DNA from: an uncultured Parabacteroides sp.
Lineage (GTDB): Bacteria > Bacteroidota > Bacteroidia > Bacteroidales > UBA7332
NCBI GenBank assembly: GCA_964534355.1
Contig: CAZHNZ010000001.1
Coordinates: 28,059 to 92,058, forward strand
DNA: 64,000 nt
Reading direction: 5' to 3'
Positions 42,385 through 52,898 of this stretch are shown here, piece after piece. Each line of letters opens with the position of its first letter. The stretch's first letter is position 1. Both the position numbers and the translations under genes were made by a program. The notes beneath the pieces are model-generated. The model saw only the letters and a list, made by a program, of their open reading frames with translations. It did not search any database and had not been told where the DNA came from.

Positions 42385-44676
42385 ATGATAAACGAAATTT
42401 TTTCATTGGAAAAACGTTCGCTTCAGCGAAAAGAGTTAAACTATGACCTGGTAGTTGTAGGAGGTGGAATGGCAGGTGTTTGTTGTGCAATCACAGCAGC
42501 TCGTCAGGGAATTAAAGTAGCTTTGATACAAGATCGTCCGGTATTGGGTGGAAATGCATCGAGTGAAGTCCGTTTGTGGGTATTGGGTGCTACGTCTCAC
42601 ATGGGTAACAACAATCGCTGGTCTCGCGAGGGTGGTGTGATTGACGAAATCCTGGTGGAAAATACCTACCGCAACAAAGAGGGTAATCCGGTATTGTTTG
42701 ATATGGTTTTGGTCGATAAAGTTTTGGCTGAAAAGAATATCACTCTCTATCTGAATACAGTAGTGTATAATATCGAAAAATCGTCTGAGAAGGTTATTTC
42801 TAAGGTATTTGCCTTTAACCCTCAGAATCAGACTGAATATGTATTTTCAGCGCCATTGTTCTCGGATTGTTCGGGCGATGGAATTGTATCGTATATGGCA
42901 GGTGCAGCTTACCGTATTGGTGCCGAAGATAAAGAAGAAAAACTGGAGCTTTTTGCGCCTGATAAAAATGAATACGGAGAATTATTGGGACATAGTATTT
43001 TCTTTTATATGAAAGATACAGGAAAACCAGTAACCTACGTCGCGCCTGATTTCGCATTGAAAAATGTAGAAGAAGCTATTCCTAAGGTGATGAAACCGGA
43101 GTATTTCAGCACCGGACACCACGGATGTAAATATTGGTGGTTGGAGTACGGCGGACGTATCGATACGATTCATGATACAGAAGCAATTAAATACGAGCTT
43201 TGGAAAGTAGTTTATGGAATCTGGGATTACATTAAAAACTCAGGTAAATATCCTGAGGCAGCAAACTACACCCTCGAATGGGTAGGTGTTATCCCCGGGA
43301 AGAGAGAAAGCCGTCGATTCAAGGGGTATTATATGTTGACACAACAGGATGTAATAGAACAACGTAATCATTATGATTCAGTTGCATACGGTGGCTGGTC
43401 TATAGATTTACATCCTGCAGACGGAGTTTACAGCGCCAAAAATGGATGTAATCAATGGCATTCGAAAGGTGTGTATCCGATACCCTACCGCTCTTATGTA
43501 AGTTATGATATAGACAACCTGTTTATCGGTGGTCGTTTGATTTGTGCTTCGCACGTAGCGTTTGGATCTTCACGTGTGATGTGTACTTCCGGACACGGAG
43601 GACAGGCTATTGGTGTGGCTGCAGCATTGTGTTTGGCTAACAACAAGAAACCGGCTGACTATATTGATCCGGTAGAAGTAAAAGAGTTGCAAAGAGCATT
43701 GATTGCAACGGGTCAGCATATACCACAATTGAAACTGAACGACTATAGTGGTCAGTTTGCGACAGCCAAGAAAGCGGTGTCCAGTGAACTTCAGTTGACA
43801 AGCATTAAACCCAACGGGTCTTATTTCCGATTGGATTATCCGATGGCAATGCTTTTACCGTTGGATGGTAAAGTGCCCGGAATGACAATTTCTGTAAAAG
43901 GAAGCGAAGAGACTGTGTTGGATGTTCAGATCAGAACAAGTCTTAAATCGTTCAATTTTACGCCAGATGTGGTAATGTTCCAAAAGAGCTATACTGTGAA
44001 TCAGGGCGAGCAAAATATCAGTATTGAGTTTGATGAAATTGAGGTAGAAAAAGGATATTACTTTATCTGTTTCATGAAAAACAGTGCGGTTGAACTGGCT
44101 GAAAGTGATGAGTTGATCACAGGTGTAATGCCTGTATATAATTACCAAAATCCGGCTGTTTCGAATTACGGTAGTCAAAGACCAACCGAAGATATCGGTG
44201 TAGAGTCATTTGAGTTTTGGTGTCCGAAACGTCGTCCGATTGGTAAAAATCTGGCGTTGAATTTTAGTCCGGCTTTGACTGCGTTCAGTTCTGAGAATCT
44301 ACGAAACGAAGTATTCAGACCTGTTGTGGGGGCAAATGCATGGGTTGCCGATAAATCGGATGCAAAACCGACATTGTCGTTGAGCTGGGATGAAGTAACC
44401 ACAATCAAGAAAATTCGACTTTTCTTTGATACAGATGCCGATCACGCAATGGAAAATGTGCAAATGGGACATTATGACTCTGCGATGCCTTTCTGTGTGA
44501 AGTCATTTGAAATAGTAGATGATAAAGGTACGGTCGTTTATCAGACAAGTGATAACCATCAGACTGTAAAAGATGTGATATTTGAGACACCACTACAGGT
44601 TACGTCTTTGTCTATTCGTTTGGACCATCCATCTGAACTGGTACCTGCTGCTCTTTTTGGCTTGATTGTAAAATAG
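42385..44676 (+). CDS. Cytoplasmic FAD-dependent oxidoreductase (FAD_oxidored-like) with C-terminal beta-rich domains
   Basis: VVVGGGMAG Rossmann motif; DRPVLGGNASSE, DCSGDG, KRESRR, GWSIDLH, IPYR and SRVM...GQA; no signal peptide. Confidence 0.88.
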   Translation: MINEIFSLEKRSLQRKELNYDLVVVGGGMAGVCCAITAARQGIKVALIQDRPVLGGNASSEVRLWVLGATSHMGNNNRWSREGGVIDEILVENTYRNKEGNPVLFDMVLVDKVLAEKNITLYLNTVVYNIEKSSEKVISKVFAFNPQNQTEYVFSAPLFSDCSGDGIVSYMAGAAYRIGAEDKEEKLELFAPDKNEYGELLGHSIFFYMKDTGKPVTYVAPDFALKNVEEAIPKVMKPEYFSTGHHGCKYWWLEYGGRIDTIHDTEAIKYELWKVVYGIWDYIKNSGKYPEAANYTLEWVGVIPGKRESRRFKGYYMLTQQDVIEQRNHYDSVAYGGWSIDLHPADGVYSAKNGCNQWHSKGVYPIPYRSYVSYDIDNLFIGGRLICASHVAFGSSRVMCTSGHGGQAIGVAAALCLANNKKPADYIDPVEVKELQRALIATGQHIPQLKLNDYSGQFATAKKAVSSELQLTSIKPNGSYFRLDYPMAMLLPLDGKVPGMTISVKGSEETVLDVQIRTSLKSFNFTPDVVMFQKSYTVNQGEQNISIEFDEIEVEKGYYFICFMKNSAVELAESDELITGVMPVYNYQNPAVSNYGSQRPTEDIGVESFEFWCPKRRPIGKNLALNFSPALTAFSSENLRNEVFRPVVGANAWVADKSDAKPTLSLSWDEVTTIKKIRLFFDTDADHAMENVQMGHYDSAMPFCVKSFEIVDDKGTVVYQTSDNHQTVKDVIFETPLQVTSLSIRLDHPSELVPAALFGLIVK

Positions 44677-44828
44677 ATAAATGCTAATTCTTATAACAGT
44701 TAAAACCAGGGAAAGCCTATGAATAATACCTGAAAAATATTGAGACAATATGCAATTTTAAATCCTTAAATCGCACGATTGAATTGAATATTCAATCTAT
44801 TTTTAAACAATAAATAAAATTTTCGATA

Positions 44829-47800
44829 ATGAAAAGACTTCTGTTTTTTATGTTACTTCTTACCTCCTTTTCTTTGCTACAAGCACAAGACAGGGTTGTT
44901 AAGGGTGTGGTGACCGATGAGAACAATTCTCCTGTTCCGGGAGCAACTGTCTTTGTGAAGGGCACTTCGGTAGGTACATCAACCAATATCAAAGGTGAAT
45001 ATACTTTGAAATTACCTGCTAATGCTACCTCATTTACTGTTTCGTTTATGGGATACAACCCAACAGAATTGAAATATGCAGGTAAGCCGGTTATGAACGC
45101 AAGGCTTACACCCAGTGCAGTGGCTTTGAAAGAGGTTGTTGCTGTAGGTTATGGTGTACAGAAAAAGGCCACGATGACTGGTTCTGTAGTATCTGTTAGC
45201 GCCAAAGACCTGTTGAAAACACCAGTTGCCAATATGGCCGCAGCAATGATTGGACGAACACCGGGTTTGACAACCTATCAAAAAAGTGGTCAGCCGGGTG
45301 CTGATGGAATAACTCTTCGTATTCGAGGTGTTGAGACGACCAACGGTCAGGATCCACTGATCTTGGTGGATGGAGTTGAGCGTGATTTTACGCAATTAGA
45401 CCCCAATGAAATTGAGAGTATTTCTGTATTGAAAGATGCCGCTTCTACTGCAGTATTCGGAGTTCGTGGTGCCAATGGTGTAATGATTGTCACCACTAAA
45501 AAAGGGGAAGAAGGTCCTGCAAAAGTTAGTGTAACCTCTAACTTATCTATTCAGCAGCCAACCCGTTTGCCTAAAATGATTGACGCGGCTACTTTGTGTA
45601 GAATGTATAATGAGGCTTTGAAAAATGATAACCCCGCAAATTTTGTGCCGAAGTTTGACGATGCTACGATTCAGAAATATGCAGACGGTTCAAATCCAAT
45701 GCTTTACCCTAATAATGATTGGTTTAAGATAGCGTTGAAATCTCAAGCCTTGCAACAGCAGCACAACATTAATATCAGTGGAGGTACAAAAACAACTAAA
45801 TATTATACTTCTATTGGTTATTTTAGTCAGGGAGGTTTGATGAACAGCTATCAGGGAGAACTAAATCGTCAGTTAGACAATAACTACAACTACGATCGTT
45901 ATAATCTTCGTTCGAATATTGATGTAGATGTAACACCGACAACAAAAATCGGTGTAATGATCAGTGGTATTATATCCAAAGTAAATGATCCCGGTTTTAA
46001 TTTTGGTACATTAATATCAACAACACCGATTAGTTATCCTATCGTTTATGAAAATAGGATTCTGCAGAGCGGGGTGAACTTTGCCGGTACACCTCTTATG
46101 TCGATGGTCGGAACAAGTATGACCGAGAAGAATGCCAATACCATGGCTTTGACTGTTAACTTTAATCAAAAATTAGATTTTGTGACAAAAGGATTGTTGT
46201 TCCGAGGAATTGCATCGTATGACAGTTATTATTCGCACAATACAACACGTAGCCAGGGGTATATTTTATACAACATAGACAAGCCTTATGTTGATGAAGA
46301 TGGTACTGAAAAATATGGTACTCCTACCGGTGAGAATTACCTCGTAACAGATCCATCAGAAGCCTGGGCCCGTAACCGGAAAATACACGCTGAAGCTGCC
46401 ATAGAGTATAAGAATTCATTTGGAAAGCACAATGTCGCCGGATTGTTGCTGACAACATTGGATAAAAAATGGTACACAGCATCATCGTACAACTGGATTC
46501 CTGTTACCTATAATGGTCTTGTAACACGTTTTACATATGACTACAATTCGAAATACATGTTTGAATTTAATATGGGTTACAATGGATCTGAGAATTTCCC
46601 TGAGAATAAACGTTTTGCCTGGTTTCCTGCTTTTTCTGCCGGATGGAATGTGGGCGAAGAATCATTTATTAAATCAAATATTAGCCGGGACATTCTGGAT
46701 AAGCTGAAGTTAAGAGTTTCTCATGGGGTTGTTGGTAATGACCAGACTTCTGCAAGCCGTTTCCTTTATATCGATTCTGAGTATAAATCGGGTGGTGGCG
46801 CTGTATTTGGTGATGCTACATCAAAAGCCTATACAGGTTTAGTAGCCGGAAAACTTGGTAATAAATCAATTACCTGGGAAACTGCAACCAAAGAAAATTT
46901 TGGTGTTGAAGTTTCGATGTTTAAGAATAAACTGACATTCAATGCAGATTACTTTACCAGTGATCGTCAGGATATTTTGACTCTTCTTAAATCTACTCCT
47001 AGCCATATTTCTATACTTGATGCCGATTATTTCAATCTTGGACATGTTAAAAATCATGGTTATGAGTTGGAAGGAAAATGGCGTCAAGAGATTGGTAAGT
47101 TCAGTTATTATATTGGTGGAAACTACTCGTTTGCCAGAAATAAGATAATCTATATGGATGAAGTTCTTGATATGGCCAATCCGAATCGCTGGAGAACCGG
47201 TACACGTTTGGGTGAGAACTTCGGATTAATAGCTGATGGATTCTTTAATAATGCGGATGAAGTTGCCCGCGGTCCGGTTCTTGGCACACCCGGTTTAGGC
47301 GATGCCAGATATTTGGATATAAATGGTGATGGCGTGGTAGATACAAAGGATGAAATGCCTATTGGTAACCCTGAGTTTCCTGAAGTGAACTACGGTATCA
47401 ATATGGGATTTGGATACAAAGGATTTGATGTTTCTGTATTATTTCAGGGGGCAACCAATACATCTAAGATGATGAGTGGAAAATTCCAGAAACCATTTGA
47501 TACAAACGGCGGTATGATGGAATTTACAGTAGCAGAACGTTGGACTCCTGACAATATTGAAAACGCAGTACGTCCGAGATTGACTCTGAATTATGCCAAT
47601 CTGAATAGCTACCTGAATTCGACCATGTGGCTGAGAGATGGTTCATATTTGAAACTGCGAAATGTAGAGGTTTCATATCGTTTTAATGCCAAGATGATTA
47701 AGAGTCTGATCGGTTTATCCGGTTTGAGAATCTACGCCAATGGACAAAATCTCTTTACCTGGGATAAACTGAAAGTAGTAGATCCCGAGGCAAGTACTTC

Positions 47801-47861
47801 TGACAGCTGGACGTACCCTCAGTTGCGGGTTTATAATGTGGGTGTAAAAGTAGATTTTTAA
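44829..47861 (+). CDS. SusC/RagA TonB-dependent transporter 1
   Basis: Signal peptide; PLILVDG, LKDAASTAVFGVRGANGV, ITWET and YLKLRN motifs; terminal Phe. Confidence 0.96.
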   Translation: MKRLLFFMLLLTSFSLLQAQDRVVKGVVTDENNSPVPGATVFVKGTSVGTSTNIKGEYTLKLPANATSFTVSFMGYNPTELKYAGKPVMNARLTPSAVALKEVVAVGYGVQKKATMTGSVVSVSAKDLLKTPVANMAAAMIGRTPGLTTYQKSGQPGADGITLRIRGVETTNGQDPLILVDGVERDFTQLDPNEIESISVLKDAASTAVFGVRGANGVMIVTTKKGEEGPAKVSVTSNLSIQQPTRLPKMIDAATLCRMYNEALKNDNPANFVPKFDDATIQKYADGSNPMLYPNNDWFKIALKSQALQQQHNINISGGTKTTKYYTSIGYFSQGGLMNSYQGELNRQLDNNYNYDRYNLRSNIDVDVTPTTKIGVMISGIISKVNDPGFNFGTLISTTPISYPIVYENRILQSGVNFAGTPLMSMVGTSMTEKNANTMALTVNFNQKLDFVTKGLLFRGIASYDSYYSHNTTRSQGYILYNIDKPYVDEDGTEKYGTPTGENYLVTDPSEAWARNRKIHAEAAIEYKNSFGKHNVAGLLLTTLDKKWYTASSYNWIPVTYNGLVTRFTYDYNSKYMFEFNMGYNGSENFPENKRFAWFPAFSAGWNVGEESFIKSNISRDILDKLKLRVSHGVVGNDQTSASRFLYIDSEYKSGGGAVFGDATSKAYTGLVAGKLGNKSITWETATKENFGVEVSMFKNKLTFNADYFTSDRQDILTLLKSTPSHISILDADYFNLGHVKNHGYELEGKWRQEIGKFSYYIGGNYSFARNKIIYMDEVLDMANPNRWRTGTRLGENFGLIADGFFNNADEVARGPVLGTPGLGDARYLDINGDGVVDTKDEMPIGNPEFPEVNYGINMGFGYKGFDVSVLFQGATNTSKMMSGKFQKPFDTNGGMMEFTVAERWTPDNIENAVRPRLTLNYANLNSYLNSTMWLRDGSYLKLRNVEVSYRFNAKMIKSLIGLSGLRIYANGQNLFTWDKLKVVDPEASTSDSWTYPQLRVYNVGVKVDF

Positions 47862-47875
47862 CTTATTTATTATAG

Positions 47876-49855
47876 ATGAAGATGAAAAAAATAGTTTTTT
47901 TGATAATGGCCGTGGTCATGCTGTCGATATCATCGTGCAGCGACTTTATGGAGTTCCCACCGGCAGCGTCATTTAATATAGATTCGGTTTTTTCGAAATA
48001 TAGCAATGCGCAAAAATTGGTGTATGATTTGTATAGCTATCCGATACCGTTGAATTTTGACACACGTAGTTTTGGCTCATCCGGAACCAGAATGGCCGGT
48101 GGCTCTTTTGCCAGTGCTCTGACAGATGAAGGTCAGTCATATGATGTTCAACCCGGTTATCAGGTGCAGCGTTATTATACCGGTAATGTGGAGCCATATA
48201 CCTGTGCTTCGTGGACAAGTTCAGCCAAAGGGGAGGACGATTATGCAACGAAATGGAAGACAATACGTAAAGCATACATTTTGTTAGACAATATAGATCG
48301 TGTTCCTGATGTTACTTTTCCCACCAATCAGGGTATTGCACCTCAGGTGCAAAAAGACAGAATAAAAGCAGAAGCCAAGCTGATGATAGCTCTTGTTTAT
48401 TTTGAAATGTGGAAACGATATGGTGGTGTACCTATTGTTACCAGACAATTCTCTACCGCTGATTCTTACGAATCGTATAAAACAAAAAGAGCAACGTTTG
48501 AGGAGACCTACAATTTTATAATTGCTTTGCTTGATGAGGTAATGACTAAATATAAAGACGCGTTGCCCGCCAGAATTTCTGTTTCAGAAGAGTTTGGTCG
48601 TTTTCCGATGGCATTTGCATATGGTTTGAAGGCGCGTGTTGAATTGTATGCAGCTAGTCCATTGTTTAATACAGACCGACCTTATTCAACCGCATTGGGG
48701 GCTAATTCCAATCTGATTTGCTTTATGAATTATGATAAAGAGAGATGGAAAAAAGCAGCAGACGCAGCTACGGTAGCCATTAATTATGCTATTGCTAATG
48801 GTTATGCATTGGTAGATGACGCAACCAAGAGAGAGAGTGGTGAAAATTATCGGGTAGCAAATGTTGAGCACCCTTATAAAGGAAACACAGAGCTTATGTG
48901 GGGAGTTGTTCAGTCAAATAATGGTAACTGGCAGAATTTTACGGTAATGCGTGGTCCCACAAGTGTCTATTATGGGTATGCACCAAACTTAGTTCCCTTA
49001 AATCAGGTTGAACGTTATGAAAAAGATACAACCATAGCAGGTCAATATAAAAACTGGGATGCAATGCAAACTTATTCTGTATCTGTGCCTACCGGAACTA
49101 CAGATGATATTGTAGGAGGAATGGCAGTCGCTACTTCTGCGCGAAAGGCTTATGCCGGACTTGACCCCCGTTTTTATGCCTCTATCTGTTATAACGGAAT
49201 GAGCCCGTTTGGCACACAATCCAAAGCATACGGAAAAACGTCCTACATCGATATGGCTGATGGTTATACAGGTACAGTTCCCGGAACAGGAAGTGTAAAT
49301 GCTGCAAAACATGGTGTTTATTCTTTTGGAAAGCACAGAACTACTGTATTGCACTATGTTCGAAAGTTTACTAACGGGTATGATGAGAGTGAAAACTCTA
49401 TGTCTCCGATTAACATATACATGAGATTGGCTGAATTGTATCTGATACGTGCTGAAGCTTTGAATGAGTACAACGCCGCACCCACGCAGCAGATATATGA
49501 TGATTTGAATTTTATTCGTAACCGTTCAGGCATGGTAGGCGTGTTGACCGGACAAGATCAGGCTCAAATGAGAAAAACGATCGAGCATGAGCGTAATATT
49601 GAGTTGTTCTATGAAGATCAGCGTTGGTTTGATTTGCGTCGTACATTGCAATCGGAAACCAAAATTCCGGTAAATATTTATAAAATTCAAATCAGAAAAT
49701 GGTACAGAACCAGTTCAAGTTCATGGCCTTATGCTGTTACTTACGAGAAAGTCTTGTTGAATAAGCGCGTATGGTTTAATAAATGGTATATGAATCCGTT
49801 CCCCGGTCAGGAGATTGATAAGAACTACGGTCTGATTCAGAATCCGGGTTGGTAA
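47876..49855 (+). CDS. SusD/RagB glycan-binding lipoprotein 1
   Basis: Lipobox SSC; RYGGVP, LDPRF, RLAELYL..AEA, ERNIELFYE and QNPGW. Confidence 0.95.
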   Translation: MKMKKIVFLIMAVVMLSISSCSDFMEFPPAASFNIDSVFSKYSNAQKLVYDLYSYPIPLNFDTRSFGSSGTRMAGGSFASALTDEGQSYDVQPGYQVQRYYTGNVEPYTCASWTSSAKGEDDYATKWKTIRKAYILLDNIDRVPDVTFPTNQGIAPQVQKDRIKAEAKLMIALVYFEMWKRYGGVPIVTRQFSTADSYESYKTKRATFEETYNFIIALLDEVMTKYKDALPARISVSEEFGRFPMAFAYGLKARVELYAASPLFNTDRPYSTALGANSNLICFMNYDKERWKKAADAATVAINYAIANGYALVDDATKRESGENYRVANVEHPYKGNTELMWGVVQSNNGNWQNFTVMRGPTSVYYGYAPNLVPLNQVERYEKDTTIAGQYKNWDAMQTYSVSVPTGTTDDIVGGMAVATSARKAYAGLDPRFYASICYNGMSPFGTQSKAYGKTSYIDMADGYTGTVPGTGSVNAAKHGVYSFGKHRTTVLHYVRKFTNGYDESENSMSPINIYMRLAELYLIRAEALNEYNAAPTQQIYDDLNFIRNRSGMVGVLTGQDQAQMRKTIEHERNIELFYEDQRWFDLRRTLQSETKIPVNIYKIQIRKWYRTSSSSWPYAVTYEKVLLNKRVWFNKWYMNPFPGQEIDKNYGLIQNPGW

Positions 49856-49892
49856 TAAAAGCTATAATGATAATTTTAAAATCATAAAGAAT

Positions 49893-52886
49893 ATGACAGA
49901 ACAATTAAATAGAAAGCTTTGTGCTTTCAATAAGCTGTTTTTTACACTCTGTCTGGCATTTTTGGGCTTAGGAACAACATACGCCCAGAGTTTGACTGTA
50001 AAAGGAGTTGTGGAAGATGAAACCGGAAATCTGATACCAGATGCTACGGTAATGGTAAATAATAAGGTGGCTCAAACTGACGCCAAAGGTCGTTTTGAAA
50101 TAGTGTCAGGAAAAGGCGTGATGCTGACTATTTCAAAAACAGGCTATAAACCGGAGAATGTAAAATCATCATCTGCGGTAACTGTAGTGTTAAAACCAAA
50201 TATGAGTGAGAAAAAGGTTTCACTTTTGTATCAGCAGGTTTCCGGTAAAGAAGTAACATCATCGGTATCCACATTAGATAGCAAGGGATTGACCAACAAT
50301 TCTGTGTTAGCTTTTAGTAATGCGCTTTACGGAAGAATTGCCGGATTAAATTTGAGTCAGCGAAGCGGAGAACCCGGCGATGATTATGCGACTCTATTGG
50401 TACGTGGAAAACATACGTTTACCGGATCCAATGCGCCTCTTGTTCTTGTTGACGGTTTCAAAAGAGACTTTAACACCTTATCGGTGGATGAAGTTGAGAG
50501 CATTTCTGTTTTAAAAGATGCTGCATCTACAGCATTGTATGGGATGGAGGGCGCCAACGGGGTTATACTCGTTACCACTAAACGCGGAATTGCCGGAAAA
50601 TCTTCTATAGGTTTCAAAGTAGAATATGGCGTAAAAACACCATCAAGAATGCCGGAGTTTTATGGTTCGTATGATTATGCTAATTTTTACAATCAGGCTC
50701 AAAGAAATGATGGTAAAACAGTGTTGCAGTATACTGATGCCGATTTGACCGGATATAAACTCGGTCAGGATCCAATGCTCTATCCTAATGTTGACTGGAC
50801 TAATGAGATTATCCGTAAATATGCACCATCTACCAAATATACGGTTGATTTTCGTGGCGGAAATCAGGTAGCCAAATACTATGTAAATGTGGGAGTAGTG
50901 AATGACGAAGGTATTTACAAGAATACAGAGAATTATTCGTATAGCACAAATCGTAATCTTAGTCGTGTTAATTTCAGATCGAATGTCGATATCAATGTGA
51001 CAAAGAGATTGTCGCTGCGTATGGATTTATCCGGACGTTTCGAGGGCCTAAATTCTCCAACAGCAGCAGCAGCTGATATTTTTAATAACCTGTATAACTT
51101 TCATCCCAATGTGGCACCTGTGTATGTGGCGCCCGGTCAATATGGTGGAAATAATACCTACAGAAAGAATCCTGTAGCTTATGTGAATGAGCAGGGTTAC
51201 AGAACTGTGCATCGTCGTTATTTTCAATCAAATATAGTTGCAAAGTATGATTTGAGTGATCTGATTAAAGGTCTGGCAGTGGGTGTACGCACAACATTTG
51301 ATAACTATTACACGGTGACAGATGGATACAAAAAAGCCTACAATGTAAGAAAATACATGCGTAGTGTGGCCCAAACCGACTCTTTAAGCGAGTTGTATAA
51401 ATTCCCGAATGATGGAGAAACAACTCCATTGAGCTTAAAAGAATTAGGTGCAACCAGCGATTATGAGAACCGTTCGACCAATTTTGAAACGTATGCCGAA
51501 TATAACCGTACTTTTGGTAAGCACAGCATTGGTGCATTAGCCCTGTATCATCAGGATGAAGCAGTTACAACTGTTGAATTTCCTGCCAGACGTATTTCTG
51601 TTTCCGGTAAACTTTCTTATGGCTATGATAACCGCTATTTTGTAGATTTTGCAGCGCAATATGGAGGCTCTGAGAATTTTATGGAAGGTAAACGTATGGG
51701 ATTCTATCCGGCCATATCCGGTGCATGGGTTATGTCGTCTGAGCCTTTTATGAAGGATGTGACACCAGTATCTTACCTTAAGGTTCATCTCTCAACCGGT
51801 TTGGTTGGCAACCAAAATGTGAACGGAACCCGATTTGGGTATCGTACGCTTTACAATACCAATGGTGCAGAGCTACCTATTGGAAATCCTGATTTGACCT
51901 GGGAAAAATCTTATAAAACAGATTTTGGTGTAGATGCGGTATTGTTCAAGAATGTCCAATTGTCAGCTACTTATTTCAATGAGTTCAGAGATGATATTTT
52001 GAATTCGGTCTCCACGTTAACACCTGAGTTTTTTGGTAATTCATTTGGATATATCAATTATGGTCAGGTTAAATCTCACGGTTTTGAGGCCGTGATTGCA
52101 ACCAATCGTCAATATGCAACCTGGGGATATAATTTAGGCGCAAATGTTACTTTTGTTAGAAATAAAGTTTCAAGAATGAAAGAGTATAACCGTAAAGATG
52201 CCTATTCGTATCGTCAGGGTAATCCTGTGGGTCAGCGTTTTGGACTGGAAGCAATTGGATTATTCCAGAGTCAGGCAGAAATAGATGCATCACCTACTCA
52301 GTTTTTTGGAACGGTTATTCCGGGAAGTATAAAATACAAAGATCAAAATGGAGATGGTTTTGTCGATTCAAACGACCAGATTGCCATCGGTAAAGATGCT
52401 TCTGTTCCGGATTGTGATTTAGGTTTTAATGTTGGTTTTAATGTAAAAGGTTTCTATGTAGATGCTAACTTCCAGGCTGAAATTGGTCGTGAAGTGAATC
52501 TTCGTGATGATACAGAAGGTGCGATGTATTCTATATCACCTCTGTATGGAGACAAAAATGTATCAACGTTTGTGAAGAACCCCTGGACTCCCGAAACAGC
52601 AGCTTATGCAGATTACCCGTCATTAACCATTGAGAATGGGGCAAATAATTATCAGACTTCTACTTACTGGTTGAGAAACGGAGATTTTCTGCGTTTACGA
52701 GCTTTAGAAGTTGGATACAACTTCCCGAAAAACTGGATTAAAGGCTTGAGATTGAGCTCTGCAAATGTTTTTGTACGCGGTATGAATATTCTTACCCTGG
52801 ACAATATCAAATACTTTGATCCCGAGGTGATGGAAGGATATCCATTGTTGAAATCTTATAATGTTGGTTTTAATTTAAAATTCTAA
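49893..52886 (+). CDS. SusC/RagA TonB-dependent transporter 2
   Basis: PLVLVDG, LKDAASTALYG...NGV, GNPDLTWEK and FLRLR; terminal Phe; shorter N-terminus than transporter 1. Confidence 0.95.
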   Translation: MTEQLNRKLCAFNKLFFTLCLAFLGLGTTYAQSLTVKGVVEDETGNLIPDATVMVNNKVAQTDAKGRFEIVSGKGVMLTISKTGYKPENVKSSSAVTVVLKPNMSEKKVSLLYQQVSGKEVTSSVSTLDSKGLTNNSVLAFSNALYGRIAGLNLSQRSGEPGDDYATLLVRGKHTFTGSNAPLVLVDGFKRDFNTLSVDEVESISVLKDAASTALYGMEGANGVILVTTKRGIAGKSSIGFKVEYGVKTPSRMPEFYGSYDYANFYNQAQRNDGKTVLQYTDADLTGYKLGQDPMLYPNVDWTNEIIRKYAPSTKYTVDFRGGNQVAKYYVNVGVVNDEGIYKNTENYSYSTNRNLSRVNFRSNVDINVTKRLSLRMDLSGRFEGLNSPTAAAADIFNNLYNFHPNVAPVYVAPGQYGGNNTYRKNPVAYVNEQGYRTVHRRYFQSNIVAKYDLSDLIKGLAVGVRTTFDNYYTVTDGYKKAYNVRKYMRSVAQTDSLSELYKFPNDGETTPLSLKELGATSDYENRSTNFETYAEYNRTFGKHSIGALALYHQDEAVTTVEFPARRISVSGKLSYGYDNRYFVDFAAQYGGSENFMEGKRMGFYPAISGAWVMSSEPFMKDVTPVSYLKVHLSTGLVGNQNVNGTRFGYRTLYNTNGAELPIGNPDLTWEKSYKTDFGVDAVLFKNVQLSATYFNEFRDDILNSVSTLTPEFFGNSFGYINYGQVKSHGFEAVIATNRQYATWGYNLGANVTFVRNKVSRMKEYNRKDAYSYRQGNPVGQRFGLEAIGLFQSQAEIDASPTQFFGTVIPGSIKYKDQNGDGFVDSNDQIAIGKDASVPDCDLGFNVGFNVKGFYVDANFQAEIGREVNLRDDTEGAMYSISPLYGDKNVSTFVKNPWTPETAAYADYPSLTIENGANNYQTSTYWLRNGDFLRLRALEVGYNFPKNWIKGLRLSSANVFVRGMNILTLDNIKYFDPEVMEGYPLLKSYNVGFNLKF

Positions 52887-52898
52887 TTCAAGCAGATT

